Assembly (NCBI GenBank): GCA_030324005.1
Contig: JARDVH010000110.1
Span: 26,697,026 to 26,760,380, forward strand
DNA from: Negaprion brevirostris
Taxonomy: Eukaryota
Direction: 5' to 3'
Length of the DNA stretch: 63,355 nt
Shown here: positions 13,331-24,525 of the stretch, one piece after another
How positions within the stretch are numbered: position 1 is the first letter of the stretch
Layout: every line of letters starts with the position of its first letter
Notes under the pieces: generated by a model
Database searches by the model: none
What the model saw: only the letters and a program-made list of their open reading frames with translations
What the model was told of the DNA's origin: nothing
Made by a program: the position numbers and the translations under genes

Positions 13331-13456
13331 GGACAGAATTTATTCACCCGTCATGCCACAGAAATCGTAGAGGGCGGGGGCGAACCATGCAAAGGTCCGT
13401 TGACCATGGGTGGGAATTTCCAACTCTGGGGTGAGCATGGCCAGAAAATCCGACCC
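13331..13456 (+). mobile_element. About 125-bp MITE, probable Harbinger derivative
   Basis: Imperfect TIRs GGACAGAATTT / AAAATCCGACCC flanked by CAT on both sides; internal ACCATGCAAAGGTCCGTTGACC shared with other copies. Confidence 0.6.
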
Positions 13457-14012
13457 CATGTGTCATCAGTTGGGTATTATACACTAAATCTTCTACCCAG
13501 CGGTCAGGTTGATAAATTTGTTTCCTGTCTGCCAATCATGGGCATCTTCCGTTTACCCCGGCTTTTTGAGTGCTGCATCATATACTCCCAGGAGTATTGG
13601 CAAGTGATGATTGTGGAGGTGATACTATTCCATTCATTCCACAGTATAATGAAGTGTATATGTTTGGAATGGGTATACATATTCAGGTTAAATTGTGTCA
13701 CTCAGCCCGTTGGGGGAGCTGACATGTTCCAGTCATCTTGCCTCACAGTTATAAAGTGCCGCAGGATAGACTAATTGGGGCAGAAGTCCCACCGTCTATC
13801 TGTCTATCACTTCCAGCAGAGCCAGGAAGGCATCAGTAGGAACTGCTGGGATTACAGATGAAGATGATAATGGATCCCCGGAGCAGGTAAATCCAGGGCC
13901 TGCATCCAGGAAAGTTTTGGTAGGTTAGGGAGAGGGGCTTGGGGGGAAGAAATGGAAGGAGCATGTAGGAAGGAATTGAGGATTCAACCTAAGGGGGAAG
14001 CACCCCATGATT

Positions 14013-14225
14013 AGGGATGGCATGATGGCGTAGTGGTTAGCACTGTTTCTCACAATCCCGGGGACTGGGTTCAATTGGGGTTTCAGGTGGTTGTTTGTAT
14101 GAGTTTGCACATTCTCCCCATGTCTGTGTGGGTTTCATCTGACTTCCTCCCACAGTCCAAAGATGCGCAGGTTAGATGGATTGGCCATGCTAAATTGCCC
14201 CTAAATGTCAGGGGGTTAGCGAGGT
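14013..14225 (+). mobile_element. HE1/V-type SINE, 3'-truncated
   Basis: TGGCGTAGTGGTTAGCACTG head and conserved core through GCTAAATTGCCCC. Confidence 0.85.
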
Positions 14226-14317
14226 TTTAGCAGAATGTTTATCATATCTTGACATTTTGTTTAAAAGCAAAACTTTACCTTTAATGATATCTCTTGTTTC
14301 CTGGCACCACTGCAGAT

Positions 14318-14942
14318 GGGACGACACATTGGCACAGTGGTTAGCACTGCTGCCTCACAGAACCAGAGAGCCGGATTTGATTCCCAGCTTGGCCCACTGT
14401 CTGTGCAGAGTGTGCATGTTCTCCCTGTGCCTGCGTGGGTTGCCTAATCATAGAATCCCACGGTGCAGAAGGAGGCCACTCCGTCCATTGTGTCTGCACT
14501 GACCACAAACCCATCCAGGCCCTATCCCCATAAAACCATTCATTTACCTAACTAGACCTCCTGACATTAAGGGGTAATTAAGCGTGGCCAATTAACCTAA
14601 CCTGCACATCTTTGAACTGTTGGAGGAAACTCACGCAAATGGGATGAATGTACAAACTCCATGCAGGTGGTGAACAAAGCCAGGAATCAAACCCAGTTCC
14701 CTGGCGCTGCGAGGCAGCAGAGCTAACCACTGTGCCACTGTACTGCCCCTATTCCTCCCTGTGCTCCAGTTTCCTCTCACAGTCTGAAAGGTGTGCTGAT
14801 TAGGTGCATTGACCATCCTAAAATTCCCCTTCAGTGCAGCCAAAGAGGCATCAGAGTGTAGTGACTAGGGGATTTTCACAGTAATCATTGCAGTGTTAAT
14901 GTAAGTCTACTTGTGACATTAATAAAAGATAAATAATAAATA
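14318..14942 (+). mobile_element. HE1/V-type SINE with tail B, interrupted by an antisense SINE
   Basis: 5' part 14318-14445, 3' part 14751-14942 ending ..GTGTTAATGTAAGTCTACTTGTGACATTAATAAA. Confidence 0.85.
14446..14749 (-). mobile_element. HE1/V-type SINE with tail A, nested in antisense
   Basis: Reverse complement of a full head, core and CR1-like tail (CATAGAATCCC.. to ..GCTAACCACTGTGCCAC). Confidence 0.85.
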
Positions 14943-15607
14943 GATGCTTTACTGCAGTAACCCCACACCTTCCCTTGTGGGATTATGTGGGTGGTATCCA
15001 GCATGTATAATATGCCCAACACCTCGGAAAGTAGGTCAGAGCAGTGGGTAGAAATGCCAGCACACTTCTCCTGCAACTGCGAACCTGCCCTAGAGGAATA
15101 TCTGGACTGCTTCACATCTGTGGGTCAGCAGGTGGCTGCCTGTAGGTAATTGTGCTGGAATATGTATTACTCAAATCTGACAATGAATCCTTAATCATCT
15201 AATGGGACAGGAATGGAATATAATGCCAGAGAAAATCTCTTTGTGAAGTACGGATGCCAGGATCTCCAGTCTTCTGAGATGAAAGGAACAGGAGGGAAAG
15301 TAACCTCAAAGAACATCTCTCCTTATTAGTGCATCTTGTTCCATCAAAGTAAAAGCTCCGCGGCTTATCAGCTCAACTCCAAGTATCACAAATGCCATTC
15401 AAGGTTCAGGTTTATTAAGAGAGTTAGTAAAATCTTGCCTCAAAAAAAAAATTGGTTAACTTTGCAATATAGTGAAATGTGTTTGATCTTTGCTACTGTG
15501 CTTTATTCAATTATAACAAGAGTTATTAACTGTAGATCAGTAGGTTCTTGTAATTTCAAACAAGCAAATTAGAGTAATATTATGATCAGGCAATTCTAGG
15601 ATAAAAT

Positions 15608-15991
15608 ATAGAACAGAATAGAATCATGGAATACCTACAGTGCAAAAGGAAGCCACTCAGGCCAATGGCACCAATCACAATACCACTCAGGCCCTATCCC
15701 CAATACCCATTTACCCTAGCTGGACCCCCGAAATTAAGGGGCAGACATTCAGCTCAATGAGCTTGCTCCGACAACAATCCCACTTTGGCCCTATCCCCGT
15801 AACCCTACATATTTACCCCGCTAATCCCCCTGATACTAAGTAGCAATTTAGCACGGCCAGTCAACCTAACCCGCACATCTTTCGGTCTGTGGGAGGAAAC
15901 CGGAGCACCCGAAGGAAACCCAAGTAGACACAAGGAGAATGTGCACACTCCATACAGACAGTCACCCATACCAGGAATTGAACCTGGGTCC
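15608..15991 (-). mobile_element. HE1/V-type SINE(s), tail A, partly duplicated, running into a gap
   Basis: Two successive tail segments (GGCCCTATCCCC..CATTTACCC) followed by the core GGAGGAAACCGGAGCACCCG. Confidence 0.85.
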
Positions 15992-17926
15992 NNNNNNNNN
16001 NNNNNNNNNNNNNNNNNNNNNNNNNNNNNNNNNNNNNNNNNNNNNNNNNNNNNNNNNNNNNNNNNNNNNNNNNNNNNNNNNNNNNNNNNNNAAATGGGCA
16101 TAAATTTTTGGTAAAATGGGGCCATAGTGTCAGGCTGCTGATTGTGGAATCCACCTACTCCCCTATGGAGCTAAGCAGGCGGGAAGGTGGAAAGAAGTGG
16201 ACCAGCATGTTCCCCCCACTCCATGTGGGAAACAAGCATGCGAGGGACATGTAAAATTCAGCCCCTTTGTCCCTGCGCCTACTTACAAATTGATGAATAG
16301 TCTCTGTCATAGTTGGTTGAAAGAAATAAATTCCAGATGAAATATTCTGAAGTTGAGCTTCATTCATAATGGATCTTTTAATGTTGACCTACCAGGTGGT
16401 TGGTGGGCAGACATTTTGTACTCAGCCTGTGGAAACCTTTGTTGGCATTAGCAATTTTAATTTGAAGGGCTTCTTTATCTGATTTGGAAATACTGAGGTC
16501 CAGAAATCACAGCTTGACATGTTGTTGGAACAAAGCAGACTCAGATAGCAGGTTCACTGCTTTTTGTTTGAGTTTTGTAGATTTTGTGGTCACACTTCAG
16601 TTTTCTGCAGGATTTTCAGTGCCACCTGGAACTGTTGACAATCATTAAAGTTGTTTAACAGCTCTTTTAGGCTTAATTTAATCTGAATTTTAGTATCTTT
16701 AGTGGCCAATGCTTTAGCTGGTCATTAGTTGTTGCTTGACTGCAGTGGTAGGACTGGTGAGCTCTTACTGATTTTTCCCAGGCCTCCTAAAGCTCTGACC
16801 ACAAAACAGTGATTTAAGGCATAAATTTGTACTGCAGGTTTCAGAAGTAAAATTAACCAATGAGAAAGGCTTTTGTATAGGGCTCTTTTGGCTGCTGGAG
16901 GGTGTTGCTAGATGGTTTTTTTCTTCCTACCCCATTCAGCAGTATTTTAATCTTCCCCTATCTTCTGTAAGCATCAGTAATGGAACCTCTCCTGTTGATG
17001 CGCTCTATTTAAAGTTAAATTTGCAAGACCCAGCTATTTAATTTCTGTTTAAACTTTGTAACAGGCAGACTTCACTGCCCAAATTTGAACAATCTTACCA
17101 AGACCTGATGTCTACCAGTTGGAGCAGGATGCAATTTCTAAACAAAGGTACAGTGTGCAGGATTCAGTGTTATGTACACAGTAAAATTACGTACACATAA
17201 TGAGTCCTTAATAATTAATTCACTTTCACATCAATTATTTCCTTCTGTTACATGTGAAGGTTTAAGTCTTAGGTCCTTCTGTCAAATCTTTTGAAGCCAT
17301 GCTGCCACCATGTTGTATTCTTCTGCTTGATGTAAACATGTTAATTACATGGCAAAGATTGGTGAGACAATAGTGTGAGTCTTTCTAAGAAAATTGGTCT
17401 CTATATATATGCAATGTTAACTTGGAGACAATGGAATCATGGGACTAATACATCACATCCTGTTGAGCTGGTCGTGATTGACAGCAACTTATAATGTGCT
17501 TAAAGGTAAATGTACCTCTTATTGCAACAGTTATTACCAGAATATATCACATGAAAAAAATTGGTTTCCTTAACATTAGTATGTGTTTCACAAAAATGCT
17601 ACAAAATGACACGAAATAATGAAAAGAACAACTTTTTACTTCTTCCTTCCTACATACTTCCAGTTAACTATCTGGTGTCTCTCTCTTTCTGTTAGGATTA
17701 ATTTCCAAGAGCTTGATTTTGCTATTTTAACATCTCTTAGTTTATCAACCTGGACATTGATTTTGGCAACAAACTCCATTTAATGGTTAGAACTGTGACA
17801 TTGCTTGATTAATCTCCATCAAAGAGTTGAATTCACTTTGCTCTCCCAGTGGAATCTTGGCTATGGTGAAATTTTCAGTTTCTTTGTAACTTTCACTTTC
17901 TTTCTGACTTTCACTTTGGACAATAA

Positions 17927-18230
17927 GGGATGGCAGGGTGGCACAGTGGTTGCCTCACAGCGCCAGAGCCCCGGGTTCAATTTCCAGCTTGGGTCACTGT
18001 CTGTGCAGAGTTTGCACATCCTCGCCGTGTCTGGGTGGGTTTCCTCCAGTGGTCTGGTTTCCTCCCACAGTCTGAAAGACATGCTAGTTAGGAGCAATGG
18101 CGATGCCAAATTCTCCCTCAGTGTACCCGAACAGGTGCCAGACTGTGGCGACTAGGGCATTTTCACAGCAACTTCATTGCAATGTTAATGTAAGTCTACT
18201 TGTGATTAATAAATAAACTTTAAACTTTAA
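17927..18230 (+). mobile_element. HE1/V-type SINE, tail B
   Basis: Head and core, then CTCCCTCAGTGTACCCGAACAGG..TGTTAATGTAAGTCTACTTGTGATTAATAAATAAACTTT. Confidence 0.88.
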
Positions 18231-18315
18231 AAAGGAATTTTGTCTGTCGGAGGGTTATCATGCTCTCCTTTTGTCAGGTTTTCTCATTCAAGTGAATGAT
18301 CTACATAACATTGAA

Positions 18316-18600
18316 TGTGGTACAGTGGTTAGCATTGTTGCCTCACAGCACCAGGGATCACAGTTTGGGTCACTATGCGGAGTCTGCACATTCTCCCCAT
18401 GTCTGTGTGTATTTCCTCCAGGTGCTCTGATTTCCTCCCACAGTTCAAAAGACATGCTGGTTAGATTCATTGGCCATGCTAAATTCTCCCACAGTGCATT
18501 CGAACAAACGCTGCAATGTGGTGACTAGGGAATTTTCACAGTAACTTCATTGCAGTGTTAATGTAAGCCTACTTGTGATACGAATAAATAAACTTAAACT
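18316..18600 (+). mobile_element. HE1/V-type SINE, tail B
   Basis: GTGGTACAGTGGTTAGCATTG head and tail B. Confidence 0.88.
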
Positions 18601-19099
18601 GACAATCTGACTCAAATCTTCATTAGGTTTCTAAATATATCTAGTCCCTTTACAACAATCCTAGTTACATACTCCCCCTCACTGACCCATGGTTTTTCAC
18701 CGTAATCTTCAGCATTGAACTCTCTAGTTTCATGATTTCATTTTGTCTTACTTTTTGCGTACTTTGCTATTGCCATCAGATTTAAACAAGCTAAACGTTG
18801 TCCTAGCAGCATGTTTGAACACAGAGCAGAATTTAACAGCACTTTGCTGAGCACCAAGTTCTTCACTAATTTCTTCAGCAGATGTTGGCCTGTCATTTGT
18901 GTATGTAAATTAATCCATAAGTAATGCAGTGGCTAAGAAAGAATCACTCTGCGTCGCAAGTCTTGAACGAATATCTGCATTGGCATGAGCTGCTGACTTA
19001 TGATATCTAACATTGTATTGATAGGCAGCACATTCAACACCCATCTCTGAAGCCCAGCAGCTGCTCAGGATGGTAGCCCCTTGTACGAACCAAAAATAT

Positions 19100-19191
19100 C
19101 TGACAAAGGGTCATCCAGACTCAAAGCATTGTTTCTATTCTCTCTCCACAGATGCTATCAGATCTGCTGAGATTTTCCAGCGTTTTCTGTT
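19100..19191 (+). repeat. Penelope-like terminal repeat with a decayed hammerhead core
   Basis: CTGACAA-A-GGGTC-ATCCA-GACTC-AAAGC, then TCTCTCCACAGATGCT..CTGCTGAG..TTCCAGC, a repeat I recognise as common in sharks. Confidence 0.55.
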
Positions 19192-20270
19192 AATGATCAT
19201 AACAGTTTGATGGTCAAATTAAATTTGCTACTGGACAGGTATTTGTGGAGTCTTGTAAAACCATATTTGAGGCTAATGCCTCATTCTCAACTTGTGAGTA
19301 ATTTTTCTCTGACGTTAAAATATGTGAAACGTGCTGCAGGCTTTTCCACACTGTCTTCCATTGTGTGAGTAATACTATACCTAACCCCTATGGTAAGGCA
19401 TTGCATGCTAAAACCAATTATTTTTTGCACTTATAGTGGGCCAAACAGCATTACCACTCGATACTTTACTTCTTCAAATGCTTTCTGAACTTAGAATAAT
19501 CTACAATAATGTTTTTCTTTGTTCTCTAGTGTCTTTGTTTCCAAATTGCCTTCAACCTTCTCCTGTGTTGGGTGGATACCTTCACCATATATTTGGTGAC
19601 CCAGGGTATGTTACAGCTGAATTGATGAAATAACACTTGTTTTTTTTAAGTCTTGAAGTTAAGTCAAGTTGGGACTTTGTTCATAGAATGTGATTTATAT
19701 CTTGCTGTTAATTAGAATGTCACCTAATGAAACGCACTCCAATCATCTCACTTAGTACCCGAGTCATGACTCTCTGGAACATTGAAGGAGCAGTAGACAT
19801 GCCAACTAGTACAATGTGTTTATGAATGGTAAGCAATGCTTTGTTCTTATCAATTAATTGTAATTTGCCAGTGTACATTTGTCTGATCTCGTTTTCTGAA
19901 TACCTTCACATTTTCTAAATTAGAAAACATATCTTCACTGATAATCGGTAAGTAAATACCATTCATGATCACCGCTTATTGGGTGTGCACTGAGTAGTGC
20001 AATGGGCCAGGAAATTTATCCGGGGTGAAAAGAGGAATTCACAATCAGTGTATGGCTGGTTGTGATCTTCCTGTTACATTTTTTACGGTGTAATCGGTCT
20101 CANNNNNNNNNNNNNNNNNNNNNNNNNNNNNNNNNNNNNNNNNNNNNNNNNNNNNNNNNNNNNNNNNNNNNNNNNNNNNNNNNNNNNNNNNNNNNNNNNN
20201 NNGATCAGTGACCCCAACGCAGACTTGGCCCGGTTGGAGCTGACCTTGCCAGAATTTTATAGTCCATGTT

Positions 20271-20314
20271 GAGAGAGAATAGAGCTAATGTTTTGAGTCT
20301 GGATTACTCATCAG
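20271..20314 (-). repeat. Second fragment of the same repeat with CTGATGA box
   Basis: Reverse complement reads CTGATGAGTAATCCAGACTCAAAACATTAGCTCTATTCTCTCTC, homologous to 19100-19146. Confidence 0.5.
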
Positions 20315-20571
20315 CAAAACTTTAATTTTGCGTGGCTTAGTCACCGTCTGATTGAACCAGTGATGAACCAGTTCACTGATATGTTTACCATGGTTTTGAT
20401 TTTTAGAATATTTAAAACAAAAATTATTTGTGATTAAAAATATAATTAAAGCTAGTTGTTTAATAAGAACAAGTGTTGATTATACTTTGTTGAAATTAAG
20501 GGGTCACGAAAAATTAATAATTTAAATTATCCAGTGGCACTATTAAAAGAAAGAGTCTGGTGAAATTGTAT

Positions 20572-20692
20572 TTCTTATCCAACAACTAAACAAATTATCT
20601 GATCATTTATTTAACTATTGTATCTGGGGTTTTGCTCTGCCCAAGATGGGTGCTACATTTTTTACGTTAGAAGGATGGCAACATCAAAAATC
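20572..20692 (+). mobile_element. DeuSINE (SacSINE1/AmnSINE1-like) Deu-domain fragment
   Basis: ATTATCTGATCATT..TTGCTCTGCCCAAGATGGGTGCTACATTT resembles the Deu core. Cut by the downstream TIR element. Confidence 0.45.
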
Positions 20693-20694
20693 AT

Positions 20695-21558
20695 GGGCGT
20701 GATTTTCCTGGCCCGCTGAGCTGTTCAAGTAGTGCAATGGGACAAGAAATGTCAGTGGGAGGCCAAAAACGGGAATCGCAACTAGTGTCCAGCTGGTCGC
20801 AATCTTGCTGGCCATTTCTTTTTGCATGTATTCAGTCTTACATTGGGGAACAGCACAAGGCTGATTACACTATGCAGTGCTTGTTTGCATCTACTTCATA
20901 ACCCTGGGATGCAATCATTCGAACTTACTAAAGTTTCTGACCCCGCCAGTGTGGGTCCACGTCAGCAATGATCATGTCCCCACCAACAGCAAGGCATGAT
21001 GAACTTGCTGGTGGGACCACAGGCCATTGAGGCCCCAAAAAGGTTGGGGGCAGGGATGGGGAATCTTCTTGGGCAATGCCAGCCTGGCACAGTGGCAGTG
21101 CCCACCAGATGCCCTGGCACTAGGCAGTGCCAAGGGGGCAGGGCCTGAGGGAGGCTTGACCAGATGGGATGGAGTGAGACTAGTGTTGGGGGAGGTGCAG
21201 TAGGACGGTAGGGAACGGAGGAACTCTTCATGGGGGTGGGAGAAGGCTGCTGGTGGGGCTGGTGCTCAGAGGATGGCCACTGGGGATTCGGAGGGCAATA
21301 TGGGAAGTATTCGTCAACAGATCTTCAAATACTGGGAGTTTGGCGCATGTGCACTAGCCCCCTCTGTAGTCCAATGCCAGCCTTTTGAGTGGGATTAGGC
21401 TTTGACCTCCTCCGCCACCAGTGTATATCCCCTGATGGAATCTGCATCACAGAGTGCCATAAATTTATTCAACTGAGCTCGCCCAAAAAACAAGCGACAA
21501 AAGCTCTCGTATTCCTGCCCGTTGGGCACTTTGTTTTTTTGGGGGGAAAATTGCCCCC
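20695..21558. mobile_element. Non-autonomous TIR element, probable Harbinger family
   Basis: Ends GGGCGTGATTTTCC / GGAAAATTGCCCCC. GC-rich interior (GGCAGTGCC motifs) resembles 24560-25400 and 36340-36930. Confidence 0.55.
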
Positions 21559-22674
21559 ACAATCTTCACAAATCTGGATGGACACACCTGCTTTTCAAAC
21601 AGTCACAACTGGTGCAGCCCATTCATTGCTCTTCAGCTTCGTAATTGTCCCTGTTCCTTTAAATCTATTCAGCTCTTTAGTTACTGCTTCAAACTGTACA
21701 TTTACACTTGTCTAGACTTGCAAAGTGCTGGCTGCACGTTTTTCTTAGTCATGACTTTGGCCTTGGGATGCCTAATTTTATCATTCAAACCTCCTTGCTC
21801 AAAGACCATTATGTACTCGCTTTGCACTTGTCAAAGTCAAGTTTTTAAGTCAGAGTTCCTCCTATTAATCCCTGCTACAACCAACGTAGTTGAACGGAAC
21901 CTTCTAAAATCATTTAATTCTCATCAGGGAGACTTGTTGTTCCAATCACTACCAAGGGCAAATAACAGAAAGTATTATCATATTCCACTCTAATGCCAAC
22001 TTGACCAAACACTGGACTACTACTGTTGGAATGTCGAGTCAGTTTCATACCAGTTTTGTGCAGGGGAATGTGACTTTAGAACTTCTTGCATTCTCTTTCA
22101 GAGATAAGCAATACTAATGCAGCTGTATGAAGCATAAAAGTAAGTTATGAATCTCTGACGTTCATTTCTAGTGTGTTTGCTCACATCACACCTTCAACCC
22201 TATTACTCATTACTCACATCTGTGCTGTATTTTTTGTTCCCTGACTGAATATAATGCTTAAACTTCCTGCTCAGTAACATTGACTTCTGTTTCCATATCC
22301 ACCACATTCACATTCACAAAATTACAGGCTCCTCAACTCACTTTATATTTACATGACATTGTCCTGCTGCTTGGCTGTGATCTGGAGCTTTACTGTTTAC
22401 TATTCCCCTATATGACACCAGGACATGATTGGCCTTCCCACAAGCACCACTTTGATTGGAAAAGGGGCATTTAAATAGTTGGTGGCTTCTCTGCTTCTAA
22501 ATTCCTGACTCTGAGATTGTGAATCTGATTGCTGTGGCCTGGATCCCACCGGAATCTAGTGAGCTTCCCCTTCTGGCTCAGTGAAAGAACTGTAGCCTTA
22601 TTTTGTTTTTAAGTTGGTGCCGGCGAATCTCTGATGTTCGTTTCTAGTGTGGCTGCTCAAATCCACACTAGACT

Positions 22675-22848
22675 TCTTGCCGGCTGTACCCAGCATACTT
22701 CTAATTCTATCTTTTACACTCGTTCTATGACATTCTGCACTCTGCCGTTTCCTTCTTCATGTACGGTACGCTTTGTGTAGTGCGCAAGAAACAATACTTT
22801 TCACTGAATGTTAATACATATGTCAATAATAAATCAAATCAAATCAAA
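22675..22848 (+). mobile_element. Rex1/Babar-like LINE 3' UTR
   Basis: CATTCTGCACTCT..GCGCAAGAAACAATACTTTTCACTG..AATAATAAATCAAATCAAATCAAA. Confidence 0.8.
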
Positions 22849-23059
22849 TATTGCAGTGCTCCATTCACATCAACTCATTGCCTTTATTCAAAAGGTAAAT
22901 TTTCTTGTTCTTTAAGCCTCCTATGAAAGTGTCTCTAAGATTCATTTCCATGTTCCTGCCACACTCAGTGGTGAGAAAGTTCACTCAACTCAATAATGTA
23001 ATCTGTAATTATAATGTCCTAACTATTTTAGGTGTTGTAGGTTTTAAACAAAAGGAATG

Positions 23060-23166
23060 CTGCCCCAAAGCCAGAAGATCTAGCCCGAGGTCAATGAACC
23101 TTTGCATGGTCCACCCTTCCGCCCGATATGATTCATATAGAAGGCAGGACAGGAAAATTCCCCCCT
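23060..23166 (-). mobile_element. MITE copy (same family as 13331-13456)
   Basis: Reverse complement contains GGGGGAATTTTCC..GGACCATGCAAAGGTTCATTGACCTCGGG. Confidence 0.6.
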
Positions 23167-23529
23167 GTAGATTCAAACAAACAACAACAGAGTTACTCTA
23201 GGCACCTTTGCCCTGTACAGAATACAAACTGAAACCAAAAGCAGGGGCCTCTGTAGCATCCCAGTGACATCACCATCAAATCATATGACCTGCTCTTAAA
23301 GCAATCTGGCAGTTACTTAATTATATAACAATAACAGTCCCACTTGACAACTGTTTCCTTCACAGAATGTGACTTTCAGTCTAGAATTTCATTCATTTTA
23401 TCATATTGCGCAGTACTGGAATCTCACTGACAACGTAGGTTAGACACATCAGAAGCATCTAGTTTTTTTTATGATTCATGTAGTTTTTCCATGTTTCTAT
23501 AGCCTAATAATCTCTAAAGTAGGGACATT

Positions 23530-23588
23530 TTCAGCACAACTTTGTGGGCCGAAGGGCCTGTATTGTGCTGTAGTTTTTTTCTATTCTG
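23530..23588 (+). mobile_element. Isolated CR1 3' terminus
   Basis: GCACAACTTTGTGGGCCGAAGGGCCTGTATTGTGCTGTA, the CR1 terminal stem-loop region. Confidence 0.7.
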
Positions 23589-24089
23589 GAGGTCAGACTT
23601 TGGAGAGAGTTAGGGGTCAAAGGCAAGCTGATCAACTTGGAGTCCGGTTCTCTTCAGAGGTTAAACCGTAACTAAAGATACAACTCAAAAGCTGTATAGC
23701 TAAAGGAAATTCAAACAGTTCAAGTCTTGGTCATGTGAAAGGATGGTTTTGAGTTGTGTTATTCAGTTAACAAGTCCCCTTGTTAAACCCAGGTGTTTTG
23801 AACAGATAACTGTCAGACCATTATTACAATATTGCAGATGAGGAGTCACAAATAGCTCTGCCTTTGTCCATAGCTGGCCGCCGCAAGTGTTTCATCAGTT
23901 AATCTATTGTGTTGGCTTGGCTGGAATGTTTATACAATGCAAGGAGTGTTAAATTTCAGAGGTTTCTCCATGTTTAAACTGCTGAGGAATGTCCTGAACT
24001 ATCATCAAATGTTCAGCACTGGCCATTTTAAAAGTCCAGCTATTTGCCCACTAAAAAAATTATTAAGTAGCCTGGGTGATGTAGATATA

Positions 24090-24525
24090 TAAGGAAGCAT
24101 CGGGGAGGACATCAGCGGTGATGAATTGAAAATGGTCGTAACTTCAAGTTTATTGGTGCCCAGATTACGAACAACCTGCCCTGATCTCTCAACTTTGACG
24201 CTATAGTTAAGAAAGACCACTGGTGCCACTACTTTCCCAGGCGGCTAAGGAAATTTGGCATGTCCACTACAGGTCTCACCAATTTTCACAGATACACCTT
24301 ATAAAGGACATACTTTCCAGAAATGTTTCAGCTTGGTACGGTTCTTGCTGTGACCAAGACTGCAAGAAATTACAAAGGGTTGTGAACATAGCCTAATTCA
24401 TTACACGTACCAGCCTCCCATCTATTGGCTCTGTCTACACTTCCCGCTGATTCGGAAAAGCAACCAGAATAATCATGCACCCCGGACATACTCTCTTCCA
24501 CCTTCTCCCATCAGGAAAATGACAC
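24090..24525 (+). mobile_element. Rex1/Babar-like LINE, C-terminal RT fragment
   Basis: Degenerate FKFIGAQITNNL, AIVKK, RRLRKFGMS, AWYGSC..QDCKKLQRVVN, TSLPSI.SVYTSR, HPGHTLFHLLPSG. Confidence 0.85.
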
